Below, piece after piece: positions 9,784 through 18,626 of a stretch of 64,000 bases of DNA (its first letter is position 1; every line of letters starts with the position of its first letter). Position numbers and translations under genes: made by a program. The DNA lies in the NCBI GenBank assembly GCA_965116495.1, contig OZ220696.1, forward strand, positions 352,001 to 416,000, read 5' to 3'. This DNA is from Gammaproteobacteria bacterium. GTDB taxonomy: Bacteria; Pseudomonadota; Gammaproteobacteria; Eutrophobiales; Eutrophobiaceae. The notes under the pieces are model-generated. The model worked only from the letters and a program-made list of their open reading frames with translations, had not been told where the DNA came from and made no database searches.

Positions 9784-11194
9784 GACAAGCTCGCCTCTGC
9801 GGCTGCAACCCCACTTTTCATGGCGCCATTCAGGGATGGCAAACGCGTGTAGTCGCCCGCAAGGAACAGGCCACGTGCGCATTCGGTCAGTCGCCCACGC
9901 ATGTCATACACATCCCTGAGCATGCCGGCAGGCGAGAGACATATCGCCTCGGGCCAGCGGTAGACCCTGGCGAAGAGAGGATGTTGAGGCATGGCGGGAA
10001 AAAAACGGCGCATCTCTTCAATCACCTGCTGTATAATTACATCATCGTTTAAGGCGAACAGTGCTCTTGCATGTTCGCCAATGATCAGCGCGTGAACCAG
10101 GGTCTTGCCTGGAGGGGCTGCATCCGGAGCCATAGCAACCAAATTCGTAACCATAGTCAGAATGGTAGGAGAACCGGGAGGAAACAGGGCAGCGTGAGAT
10201 CCATCGGCCAGAATGTTCTCATCCAGCCCAAAAGCCAAATTGCAGCACGAGCTGTAACTGACATGTTCAAGCACAGTTCGTATTCCCCCCCCCCCGGTAA
10301 TGCCGGGATGATTCGCGCGGCTATCGTAGCGGTGGTGGCACAAATAACCGCATCGGCTTCGATCTCTTCTCCAGTGGTCATGACGACGCCTCTCACCTGC
10401 CTGTCTTCAAGGATGATTCGCTCGACGGGCGAGGAGACCTGGATGAAACTCGCGCAAGCCTCGGCAAAGGCCTTGCTGAGGGCGGCAATTCCTTGTCTTG
10501 GCAAATAGCTGCGCGTTGCAGGATTGATAGTCCACAGCCAAAGTAACGCCATGCCGTATGCAGCCCCCACCTGTTCGGAAGTCCCGGCAGTAAAGCAGTT
10601 GAGGTCCAGTTCTCCCGCTTGTTTCAGGTATCGGCCAAGGGAATTGGCGCGAGCGAAATCGGCGAAACTATCCCCCGTGTCCAGGTCCAACATGCGAGTA
10701 TGGTCTTCGAAATCGAGGTCCTTGGCGCGCTTCTTCAGGAGCGCGAACAGGCGCATGAATTCCCAATTTCCCGCCAGCGTGTGCTGTGGCGAAAAGAGCA
10801 TGGTGTGAAGGGTCGTCAAAGTCTGTTTCACCGAACCACCCATGTACAGGCCCCAGAACCGGCCGCCGGCGTAGCTTTGGCCGCCTTTACTTTTAGGGCT
10901 TTGGAATAGTTCCACGCCCAAATCGCGTGCAAGGTCTCTAGTAGTTGCGAAAGATTCATGGATGACGCTTGCACCGCCGTACACGTGAAAGCCTTCGATC
11001 TCCTCGCAAAACATGCGCCCGCCGATCTTGTCGGAGGCTTCCAACACCCGAATGTTGCAGTTGCTCTCCGTGTGACTGGCAGCGAGTCTCCAGGCTGCAG
11101 CGAGACCGGCCGCTCCGGCTCCGACAACTAGGATTTCTGATCCCTTCGAACGTCGGACTCGTTTACGAGTCGAACCAGTCTCACGAGTAGCCAT
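9750..11194 (-). pseudogene. FAD-dependent oxidoreductase (amine oxidase/HemY-like), frameshifted at a G11 run
   Basis: VVGAGAAGLAAA...EASDKIGGR at the N-terminus. The C-terminal LFLAGDY...SLNGAMKSG lies in another frame. Frames switch at the C11 run 10285-10295. Confidence 0.8.
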
Positions 11195-11299
11195 ATTATA
11201 GTCCTCACGTCCCACCCAAAATTGAAATGCTAAGTAGTATCACATCCAATTGCACCTGAATCAAACTCAACTGAGATTGCCGTATGTGTGCGTGCCGGC

Positions 11300-11470
11300 C
11301 CATATGCACCGCTGGTGTAGAACTTGATCATCATGAGGCAGCAGATTCCGTAACGCCCAATCAATGTCGATGAGACGGCGCAGCAAGTCAATCTCCCCCG
11401 GCCATTGCTGCCGGTTGGTGGCCCGGGCATTTTAATTTAAATTGTTGCCAATACGACGGACCGCGCTGAT
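11300..11470 (-). pseudogene. mobC: MobC relaxosome protein remnant overlapping the first codons of a relaxase
   Basis: Minus strand reads VRRIGNNLN*NARATN (MobC motif RIGNNLNQIAR with a stop at Q), overlapped by MMIKFYTSG, which resembles ColE1-type relaxase starts. Confidence 0.65.
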
Positions 11471-11705
11471 ACTGCCCACTGTACCGTGTGCGCGCATGTC
11501 GGGCTGCATGACTTCCCATGCAACACGGAATTTTCCCCTCGTTATTTTCCGGCGTGTTAAATTTGGGCCGACACCTGCACTTAGAGGGAAACCGGGACAA
11601 TTACATCGCTCGCATAACGGATTTATAATAGCAGAGATCGTGCTTAAATATCCTGCAAAAGTTGTGGGATCGATTGTGTGAAAATGGTTGTTCGTATATT
11701 ATAAA

Positions 11706-12893
11706 ATGTCATATAAATCAACTAGATATTATGTAAAACATACTCACTGGCTGGGAGCAGGCCTGTCATCGGTGCCGGGGATCCGCCGGCTGGCAATGAT
11801 GGATTACCCCATGACCGTATGGAACAGGACGCCGGCGAAAGCGCAGGCTGCTATTGCCGGTATCAGGCCGGTAGAAGCCGTTGCCCGGGAGTTGGATTGG
11901 ACGCGGTTGGCATCCGGGGTCAAGCCGGGTAATGTAGTGGTATCGATGCTGCCTGCATCCATGCATCTGCGCACGGCGGAACTTTGCCTGGAGAACGGCG
12001 CTCATTTTGTTACTTCCAGTTATATTTCCGGAGAAATGGCTGCGCTGGATGAACAGGTGAAGATGAAGCAACTCTGTTTCGTCAACGAGTGCGGCCTTGA
12101 CCCGGGGTTGGACCACCTGTTTGCCCATGCTTTACTGGATGACTACAGGGGGAGTCCTGTCTTTGAGCCTGGAAACACGGTCACGTTTCATTCTTACTGC
12201 GGCGGCTTTCCACTGCATGCGGATGACTTCACCTACAAGTTTTCCTGGTCGCCGCTCGGTGTTTTGAAAGCGTTGATATCCCCGGCGCGGTGGATTGCCC
12301 GGGGCGAGGAACGCAGCACCGAAACGCCTTACAGGGAAATCGAAACTTATCTTGTTAACGGGGAAAGCTTTGAGGCTTATCCCAACCGTGATTCATTGCC
12401 GTTCATCAGCCAGTACGGGATCCAGAGTAGTTGGAATATCGAAGATTTTGTGCGCGGCACACTGCGGCTTAACGGCTGGGCAAAGGCCTGGCAGGACATT
12501 TTCGAAACGGTGGAGAATGCAACCGGGGCAGCCGGGGAGCAACGCCTTGCCGGGTTGAGTGAAGAGTTGTGGCAGCGACACCAGTATGCAGAGGGAGAAC
12601 CGGATCGGGTTGTTTTGAGTGTGGAATTAGGAGTCAAGGACAAAACGGGCAAGCAGGTATGGCGCCGGCGGTATCTCCTGGACAGTACCGGTAATGAACG
12701 GGGTTCAGCCATGGCCAGGCTGGTCTCTGTTCCGGTTTCACTGGTGGTTGAGGCCATACTGAACAATGAAGTCGAAGCCGGCGTAACGCCTGTGCCATCG
12801 GACAGGGGACACGTTAACAGGTGGATTGGGTTGCTACGCAGGTCGGGTGAGAATATCGTTGTTAAGGAGTTGCCGATAGAACCAGCGGTTTAA
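11706..12893 (+). CDS. Saccharopine dehydrogenase/reductase (NADP+, glutamate-forming; LYS9-like) with a displaced start
   Basis: HWLGAGLSS, ECGLDPGLDH, SYCGG, YKFSWSP, YPNRDS and RGTLR motifs. The native ATG appears stranded at 9287; an in-frame ATG at 11706 comes from the element. Confidence 0.88.
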   Translation: MSYKSTRYYVKHTHWLGAGLSSVPGIRRLAMMDYPMTVWNRTPAKAQAAIAGIRPVEAVARELDWTRLASGVKPGNVVVSMLPASMHLRTAELCLENGAHFVTSSYISGEMAALDEQVKMKQLCFVNECGLDPGLDHLFAHALLDDYRGSPVFEPGNTVTFHSYCGGFPLHADDFTYKFSWSPLGVLKALISPARWIARGEERSTETPYREIETYLVNGESFEAYPNRDSLPFISQYGIQSSWNIEDFVRGTLRLNGWAKAWQDIFETVENATGAAGEQRLAGLSEELWQRHQYAEGEPDRVVLSVELGVKDKTGKQVWRRRYLLDSTGNERGSAMARLVSVPVSLVVEAILNNEVEAGVTPVPSDRGHVNRWIGLLRRSGENIVVKELPIEPAV

Positions 12894-13158
12894 CGTTTTT
12901 GAGATTAGTCGTCCTCTTTGCATGCCACAAATCGTATTGATCTTGTAATGCCAACCAACTCTCTGGCGAACGGCCTAATGTCTTAGCCAAACGTAAAGCC
13001 ATTGCAGGAGAGATATTGCTATCGCCATTTAACAAACGAGCAAGCGTAGAGGGTGATACTTCAAGATTCAAGGCAACCTTTCTGACACTGAGCTTGAAAG
13101 GTTCAATATAAGTCTCTCTGATAAACTCACCCGGATGAGGCGGGTTATACATGCTCAT
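12862..13158 (-). CDS. higA: HigA family antitoxin
   Basis: MYNPPHPGEFI, HTH, MALRL...SPESWL..Q..YDL. Confidence 0.92.
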   Translation of the reverse strand: MSMYNPPHPGEFIRETYIEPFKLSVRKVALNLEVSPSTLARLLNGDSNISPAMALRLAKTLGRSPESWLALQDQYDLWHAKRTTNLKNVKPLVLSATP

Positions 13159-13436
13159 TAATGATAATCCTCATAGTTAACAATATAGATATTACCTTCT
13201 TCAAATTTGAAGGTGATGCGCCAATTCCCATTGACAGAAATCGACCAGATTTCCTTTCTTTCACCCTTCAGCTTATGCAGTCTGTAACCTGGGATATCCA
13301 AATCCCTAATGATGGTTGCCGTATTTAAGGCCGCTAACTGCATCCTGAGTCGTTTCCGATGAGCAGGTTGAATTCCACTCGTGCTACCGGTTTCGTAGAA
13401 GCGTTGCAGTCCCTTATGCTTAAACGATTTGATCAC
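13158..13436 (-). CDS. higB: HigB (RelE/ParE-like) toxin
   Basis: MIKSFKHKGL...LHKLKG...WSISVNGNWRITFKF...YEDYH; lies upstream of higA. Confidence 0.93.
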   Translation of the reverse strand: MIKSFKHKGLQRFYETGSTSGIQPAHRKRLRMQLAALNTATIIRDLDIPGYRLHKLKGERKEIWSISVNGNWRITFKFEEGNIYIVNYEDYH

Positions 13437-13527
13437 TCACCAAGTATAGCGTATTGCGCACCACGCAACAAGGCCGCTTCCTGAAAGGTATGGCGGAGAG
13501 AGAGGGATTGCTTCATAATCACTTTCC

Positions 13528-14772
13528 ATGGAGAAGTATTCTTTTACAAAAATCCTCTACCATGCGCTCAGGGGCCACAAGCGCTGGCAGCCGGCCTGGC
13601 GTTCGCCGGAGCTGAAGAAATCCTATGACGTAGTCGTAATCGGCGGGGGAGGCCATGGTCTTGCCACGGCTTATTTCCTGGCGAAGAAGCACGGGGTCAC
13701 CAACGTCGCGGTGCTGGAACGCGGCTGGATAGGGGGCGGCAACAGCGGCCGCAATACCCAGGTGACCCGGTCAAACTATTTTTACCCGGAAAGCGCAGCG
13801 TTCTTCGAGCACTCCCTGAAGCTGTACGAAAGCATGAGCCGGGATCTGAATATCAACGTGATGTTCAGCCAGCGCGGCGTGCTGAACCTTGCCCACAGCG
13901 ATCATGACATGGAGATGCTCAGCCGCTGGACCAATGCCATCCAACTCAACGGTATCGATTCCGAGGTACTGACACCGCAGCAGATCAAGGAGATGGAACC
14001 GGTTATCGATATCAATGCGCGTTTTCCCATAGCCGGCGGATTTATCCAGAGGCGCGGCGGTATCTCCCGCCACGACGCGGTCAACTGGGGTTATGCCCGC
14101 GCCGCCGATGCACTGGGGGTGGATATTATCCAGAACTGTACCGTCACAGGTTTCAATATCAGTAATGGCATGGTTACCGGAGTACGCACATCGCTCGGGG
14201 ATATTTCGGCGGGTAAAGTACATATCACGGTAGCCGGGCACACGAGTGTGCTCGCGAAAATGGCGGGTTTTGGTCTGCCCTTGACCAGCATGGCGCTGCA
14301 GGCCATGGTGTCGGAGCCGATCAAACCGGCGCTTAACCTGGTGACCGTGTCCGGCCCCATACACATGTATGCCAGCCAGTCGGACCGCGGGGAGATTATC
14401 CTGGGCGCAGGCGCGGACGTGTACAATTCCTATGCCCAGCGCGGCAGTTACGATAACATCGAATCCTGCGTGGCAGCGTTCCTGACCCTGTATCCCGGGT
14501 TCAGCCGCCTGAAGCTCATGCGCCAGTGGGCAGGTATCGTGGATATTTCGCCCGATACCAGCCCCATCATGGGCAGGACCCCGGTGCAGAACCTCTACAT
14601 CAACTGCGGTTGGGGGACCGGCGGTTACAAGGCCATCCCGGCGAGCGGTGATACCATGGCTTATACCATCGTTAAAGACCGGCCTCATACATTGATAAAA
14701 CCCTTCTCCCTGGAGCGTTTCGAAAGCGGCGCCCTGGTGGACGAATCGGCGGCGGCAGGTGTCGCGCACTAG
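13528..14772 (+). CDS. soxB: Sarcosine oxidase subunit beta
   Basis: IGGGGHGLATAY, GGGNSGRNT and GWGTGGYKA motifs; C-terminus AAAGVAH. Confidence 0.93.
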   Translation: MEKYSFTKILYHALRGHKRWQPAWRSPELKKSYDVVVIGGGGHGLATAYFLAKKHGVTNVAVLERGWIGGGNSGRNTQVTRSNYFYPESAAFFEHSLKLYESMSRDLNINVMFSQRGVLNLAHSDHDMEMLSRWTNAIQLNGIDSEVLTPQQIKEMEPVIDINARFPIAGGFIQRRGGISRHDAVNWGYARAADALGVDIIQNCTVTGFNISNGMVTGVRTSLGDISAGKVHITVAGHTSVLAKMAGFGLPLTSMALQAMVSEPIKPALNLVTVSGPIHMYASQSDRGEIILGAGADVYNSYAQRGSYDNIESCVAAFLTLYPGFSRLKLMRQWAGIVDISPDTSPIMGRTPVQNLYINCGWGTGGYKAIPASGDTMAYTIVKDRPHTLIKPFSLERFESGALVDESAAAGVAH

Positions 14773-14784
14773 GCCGGATATCTC

Positions 14785-15078
14785 ATGTTCCGTATCTCCT
14801 GTCCTTTCTGCGGTGAGCGTGATGAGCATGAGTTCGTCTTCGGCGGACAGGCTCATATAGCGCGGCCTGCACCGGCCGAGCAGGTTTCGGACCGGGAGTG
14901 GGCCGAATATCTTTTTTTTCGTGATAATCCCAAGGGGGTTCACCTGGAACGCTGGCAACACCGCCATGGGTGCCGGCAGTGGTTCAATATTGCTCGTCAT
15001 ACGGTGAGCCATGAGATCCTGGCCGTGTATCGCCTCGATGAAGCAGCCCCTGATGTGAACCGGGAAGAAACGGTATGA
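14785..15078 (+). CDS. soxD: Sarcosine oxidase subunit delta
   Basis: CPFCGER...RDNPKG...WQHRHGCRQWF zinc motif. Confidence 0.93.
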   Translation: MFRISCPFCGERDEHEFVFGGQAHIARPAPAEQVSDREWAEYLFFRDNPKGVHLERWQHRHGCRQWFNIARHTVSHEILAVYRLDEAAPDVNREETV

Positions 15079-18038
15079 GTGAATCCCAGCCTATGCGGCT
15101 TGAAACCGGCGGCAGGATCGACCGTAACAAGCCGTTGTCATTTACTTTCGATGGCAAAAAATACACTGGCTTTGAAGGCGACACCCTGGCATCAGCATTA
15201 CTGGCCAACGGGGTGCGCGTGGTAGGGCGCAGCTTCAAGTATCACCGTCCCCGGGGCATTCTCGCTGCTGGTGCCGAAGAGAGTAATGCGCTGGTGACCG
15301 TGGGGCAGGGCGCCCTGGAGGAACCCAATGTGCGGGCCACGTTGCAGCCGTTATACGATGGCCTGTCGGCGCGCAGCCAGAACTGTTGGCCCAATGTCAG
15401 GTTTGATATCGGCCGCAGTCTTGATTACCTGCATTTCCTCTGGCCTGCCGGGTTTTACAATAAGACCTTCATCTGGCCTCACTGGCACTGGTACGAGAGG
15501 ATTATCCGGCGTATATCGGGGCTGGGCAAACTGCCGACTGGAGATGATCCTGACCATTATGTTCATCATAATGTACATTGTGATGTCTTGATAGTGGGCG
15601 CCGGTCCTGCCGGACTGGGTGCGGCGCTGACGGCCAGCGAGCACGGGTTGCGGGTCGTCGTGACAGAGCAGGACAGCCAGTTGGGCGGCAGCCTGCTCTG
15701 GAGTGAAGAGAGCATTGACGGCGTACAGGCAGACACGTGGCTGGAAGACACGGTGCGCGTTTTAGGGCAACGGGATAACGTTACCCTGTTGACCGATACC
15801 ACGGCCTCGGCCTGGTTTGACCACCGTATGGTTATCGCGTGCCAGACGGTAACTGACCGCCGCATCCCGGGGGAGGGGGAAGGACCCCGTCAGCGGTTAT
15901 GGAAGATACATGCGCGCGAAATTATTCTGGCCACCGGCGCTATTGAGCAACCGCTGGTCTTCGCCAACAACGACCGCCCCGGTATCATGCTGGCAAGCGC
16001 CGTACAGCAGTACTGTAACCGTTATGCGGTGGCGCCCGGGAAACGCATAGCCATAGCGACCAACAACGACAGCGCATACAGCGTTGCCGGCGCACTCAGG
16101 AATGCAGGGGTGGACGTTGTGGCCATGATCGATTCCCGGCAAAAACTGACTGGAAAGCCAGCACGGCTGGTGCGCGATCAAGGCATGACGGTGTTTCATA
16201 ACGCCATGCCGCGGGATTGCCGGGGCGACAAAGGCGTGCGTAGCGTGTCCGTAACCAAGCGGGACAGCCTGGAAACCCTGGCAACCCTGCAATGCGACTG
16301 CATCGCCATGGCCGGGGGTTGGCAGCCGGCGGTGCATCTGTTCACCCAGGCGCGCGGCAAATTGCGCTACGATGCCTCGCCTGGCGCGTTCGTGCCGGAA
16401 GAAAACCCGCCCCATATGCACGTGGCGGGGATGGTGGCCGGCGCCCTTACCTTGGAAACGGCCCTGGACCAGGGCCGGGAGGCCGGTCTCGCTGCCGCTG
16501 GGGACGGACTTCAAGTCCGTCCCCAGACACGCTCGAAGAACCCTGGTGCCTTGCATATCGAACGGGCCTGGAGCGGGCAGCGTAGCAGCCGCCAATGGAT
16601 CGACTTCCAATATGACGTGACCCTGCAGGATATCGATATAGCGGTAGCCGAGAACTATACCTCCGTTGAACACCTGAAACGTTACACGACCACCGGCATG
16701 TCCGTCGACCAGGGCAAGACAAGCAATGTGAACGCCTTGCTTGCCCTGGCAGCACGTACGGGCAGGACTCCCGGTGAGGTGGGGACAACCACCTTCCGGC
16801 CGTTCTATATGCCGGTCACCCTGGGCGCCCTGGCCGGACGTGACAGTGGCGAGTTCTATGCGCCGGTTCAGCGCAGCCCGTTGTTTGCCTGTCACCAACA
16901 ACTTGATGCCCGGTTTGAAGATTACGGCACCTGGCGCCGCCCGCGGGTCTACCCGCGCGGGAGTGAAAGCGAGCAGCAGGCCATTACCCGGGAGGCCGTG
17001 TCTGCCCGTACCTCCGTTGTCGTTTTCGACGGGTCGCCGTTGGGCAAATTTGAAGTGTACGGACCAGATGCCGCCGAATTTTTGAATCGCATTTACATCA
17101 ACAATGTCACCTCACTGAAGACAGGCCGGGCCCGGTATGGCCTGATGCTGAATGAAAACGGCATCATCATCGACGACGGCATCTTTGCCCGTCTTGCCGG
17201 GGATCACTACCTGGTGCATACCACCAGCGCGGGGGCAAACCGGATCCATGCCTGGATGGAGGCCCTGCTGCAGGGCGACTGGCCGGACCTGGATGTGTTG
17301 CTGACGCCGGTTACCAGCCAGTGGGCTAACATGGCCGTATCCGGCCCGCGTTCAAGACAACTGCTTGAGCGGCTGGGGATCGATATCGACTTCAGTGACA
17401 ACGGGTTGCCGCATATGGCTGTCGTGACCGGCAGGATAGATGAGGTGCCGGTACGCGTGCTCAGGGCAAGCTATACGGGTGAACTGTGTTATGAGATCAA
17501 CGTCCCTGCTGATTGGGGAGAGTCCTTGTGGAATCGCTTGTTGCAACTCGGTGAAGACCTGCAGGTGATGCCGATCGGAATTGAAACACTGGGGATATTG
17601 CGCACTGAGAAGGGTTACCTGCACGTAGGCAGCGATACAGACGGTTACAGCACGCCGGGAGACGTTGGTTGGGGCCATGTGGCAGAACGGAAGCAGGGTG
17701 AGTTCCTTGGCAAACGCTCGTTGAGCCGTCCTTTTAATACAAGCAGTGGGCGTCTGGAATTTGTCGGTCTTACCCCTGCGATAGAAGGGGGTGTGCTGGT
17801 CGCCGGTGCGCATGTTATTGATGCGAGATATTCCAGCGCACCTGCTCCCACCCAGGGATATGTGACTTCCGCCTGTTACAGTCCCAACCTGCAACGCTAT
17901 GTCGGCCTCGGACTGGTCCGGGACGGCAGCAAGCGGCTGGGTGAGACAGTGAACGTGTATGACAACGGCCAGGTTCATGCCGCGCAAATCAGTAAACCGG
18001 CAGCATGGGACCCGGAAGGAGAACGGTTGCATGTTTGA
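15075..18038 (+). CDS. soxA: Sarcosine oxidase subunit alpha
   Basis: GDTLASALLANG, RSFKYHRPRG and HLKRYTTTGM.DQGK motifs; GcvT-like C-terminal domain. Confidence 0.94.
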   Translation: MSESQPMRLETGGRIDRNKPLSFTFDGKKYTGFEGDTLASALLANGVRVVGRSFKYHRPRGILAAGAEESNALVTVGQGALEEPNVRATLQPLYDGLSARSQNCWPNVRFDIGRSLDYLHFLWPAGFYNKTFIWPHWHWYERIIRRISGLGKLPTGDDPDHYVHHNVHCDVLIVGAGPAGLGAALTASEHGLRVVVTEQDSQLGGSLLWSEESIDGVQADTWLEDTVRVLGQRDNVTLLTDTTASAWFDHRMVIACQTVTDRRIPGEGEGPRQRLWKIHAREIILATGAIEQPLVFANNDRPGIMLASAVQQYCNRYAVAPGKRIAIATNNDSAYSVAGALRNAGVDVVAMIDSRQKLTGKPARLVRDQGMTVFHNAMPRDCRGDKGVRSVSVTKRDSLETLATLQCDCIAMAGGWQPAVHLFTQARGKLRYDASPGAFVPEENPPHMHVAGMVAGALTLETALDQGREAGLAAAGDGLQVRPQTRSKNPGALHIERAWSGQRSSRQWIDFQYDVTLQDIDIAVAENYTSVEHLKRYTTTGMSVDQGKTSNVNALLALAARTGRTPGEVGTTTFRPFYMPVTLGALAGRDSGEFYAPVQRSPLFACHQQLDARFEDYGTWRRPRVYPRGSESEQQAITREAVSARTSVVVFDGSPLGKFEVYGPDAAEFLNRIYINNVTSLKTGRARYGLMLNENGIIIDDGIFARLAGDHYLVHTTSAGANRIHAWMEALLQGDWPDLDVLLTPVTSQWANMAVSGPRSRQLLERLGIDIDFSDNGLPHMAVVTGRIDEVPVRVLRASYTGELCYEINVPADWGESLWNRLLQLGEDLQVMPIGIETLGILRTEKGYLHVGSDTDGYSTPGDVGWGHVAERKQGEFLGKRSLSRPFNTSSGRLEFVGLTPAIEGGVLVAGAHVIDARYSSAPAPTQGYVTSACYSPNLQRYVGLGLVRDGSKRLGETVNVYDNGQVHAAQISKPAAWDPEGERLHV

Positions 18039-18591
18039 TGGGAGTCCTTCATTTGCGCTGAAGGAAAATGATGAGCGGTCACGGCTGTCACAGGCAGAGA
18101 GTCTGCGGCTGGAAGCGGTTAACGGTATCCGTAAGCTGCGCCTGCAGGTGCGGCCGCACGCCGGGATAGATCCGGGCCGGCTTGAAGAGTTACTGGGTAT
18201 CGCTCTGCCGGCAGACCCACTGGAAAAGACAGGTGAAGTGCCTTCAGCCTACTGGCTGGCGCCAAATGACTGGTTGCTGGTTAACCCGGCAGCCGATGCA
18301 GACAGCGTTAAAGTCGCGTTACGGGATGCAGTCGATGGCGCCACGGCCGTTGTCACCGACATGAGCGATGCCTGGAGCATCATCGACATCTCCGGTGAGG
18401 ATGCCGTAGCAAGACTGGCGCAAGGGTGTTCGGTCGATCTCCATGACAGCGTATTCCCCGCCGGCCGCTATGCATTGACCCGGTTGCAGCACCTGTCGGT
18501 CATTCTCCACCGGCTGGATGATACCCCGCGCTTTCGTATCCTGGTTGACCGTAGCGTGGCGCAATTTCTCTGGGATTGGTTGGCCGTGTGA
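18031..18591 (+). CDS. soxG: Sarcosine oxidase subunit gamma
   Basis: WLAPNDWL, LAQGCSVDLH and RSVAQFLWDWL motifs; ATG overlaps the end of soxA. Confidence 0.88.
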   Translation: MFDGSPSFALKENDERSRLSQAESLRLEAVNGIRKLRLQVRPHAGIDPGRLEELLGIALPADPLEKTGEVPSAYWLAPNDWLLVNPAADADSVKVALRDAVDGATAVVTDMSDAWSIIDISGEDAVARLAQGCSVDLHDSVFPAGRYALTRLQHLSVILHRLDDTPRFRILVDRSVAQFLWDWLAV

Positions 18592-18626
18592 GTGCTGTGA
18601 CTGGAATTGAATTTCCTGTCCTTCGA

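Larger units (their letters stand above)
9293..11759. mobile_element. Decayed integrative mobilisable element inserted in the 5' end of the saccharopine reductase gene
   Basis: Imperfect 21-bp direct repeats (9293-9313 cacattcactggctgagagca; 11739-11759 catactcactggctgggagca; core TCACTGGCTG). They enclose an integrase remnant, a mobC/relaxase remnant and a cargo gene. Confidence 0.8.

Noticed and set aside
13771-15012. Long antisense ORFs (413 aa here; also 15897-16901, 18831-19706)
   Set aside because: Shadow frames of well-supported GC-rich genes with no recognisable motifs.
12862-18591. higBA and soxBDAG as novel systems
   Set aside because: Both have canonical order and motifs.
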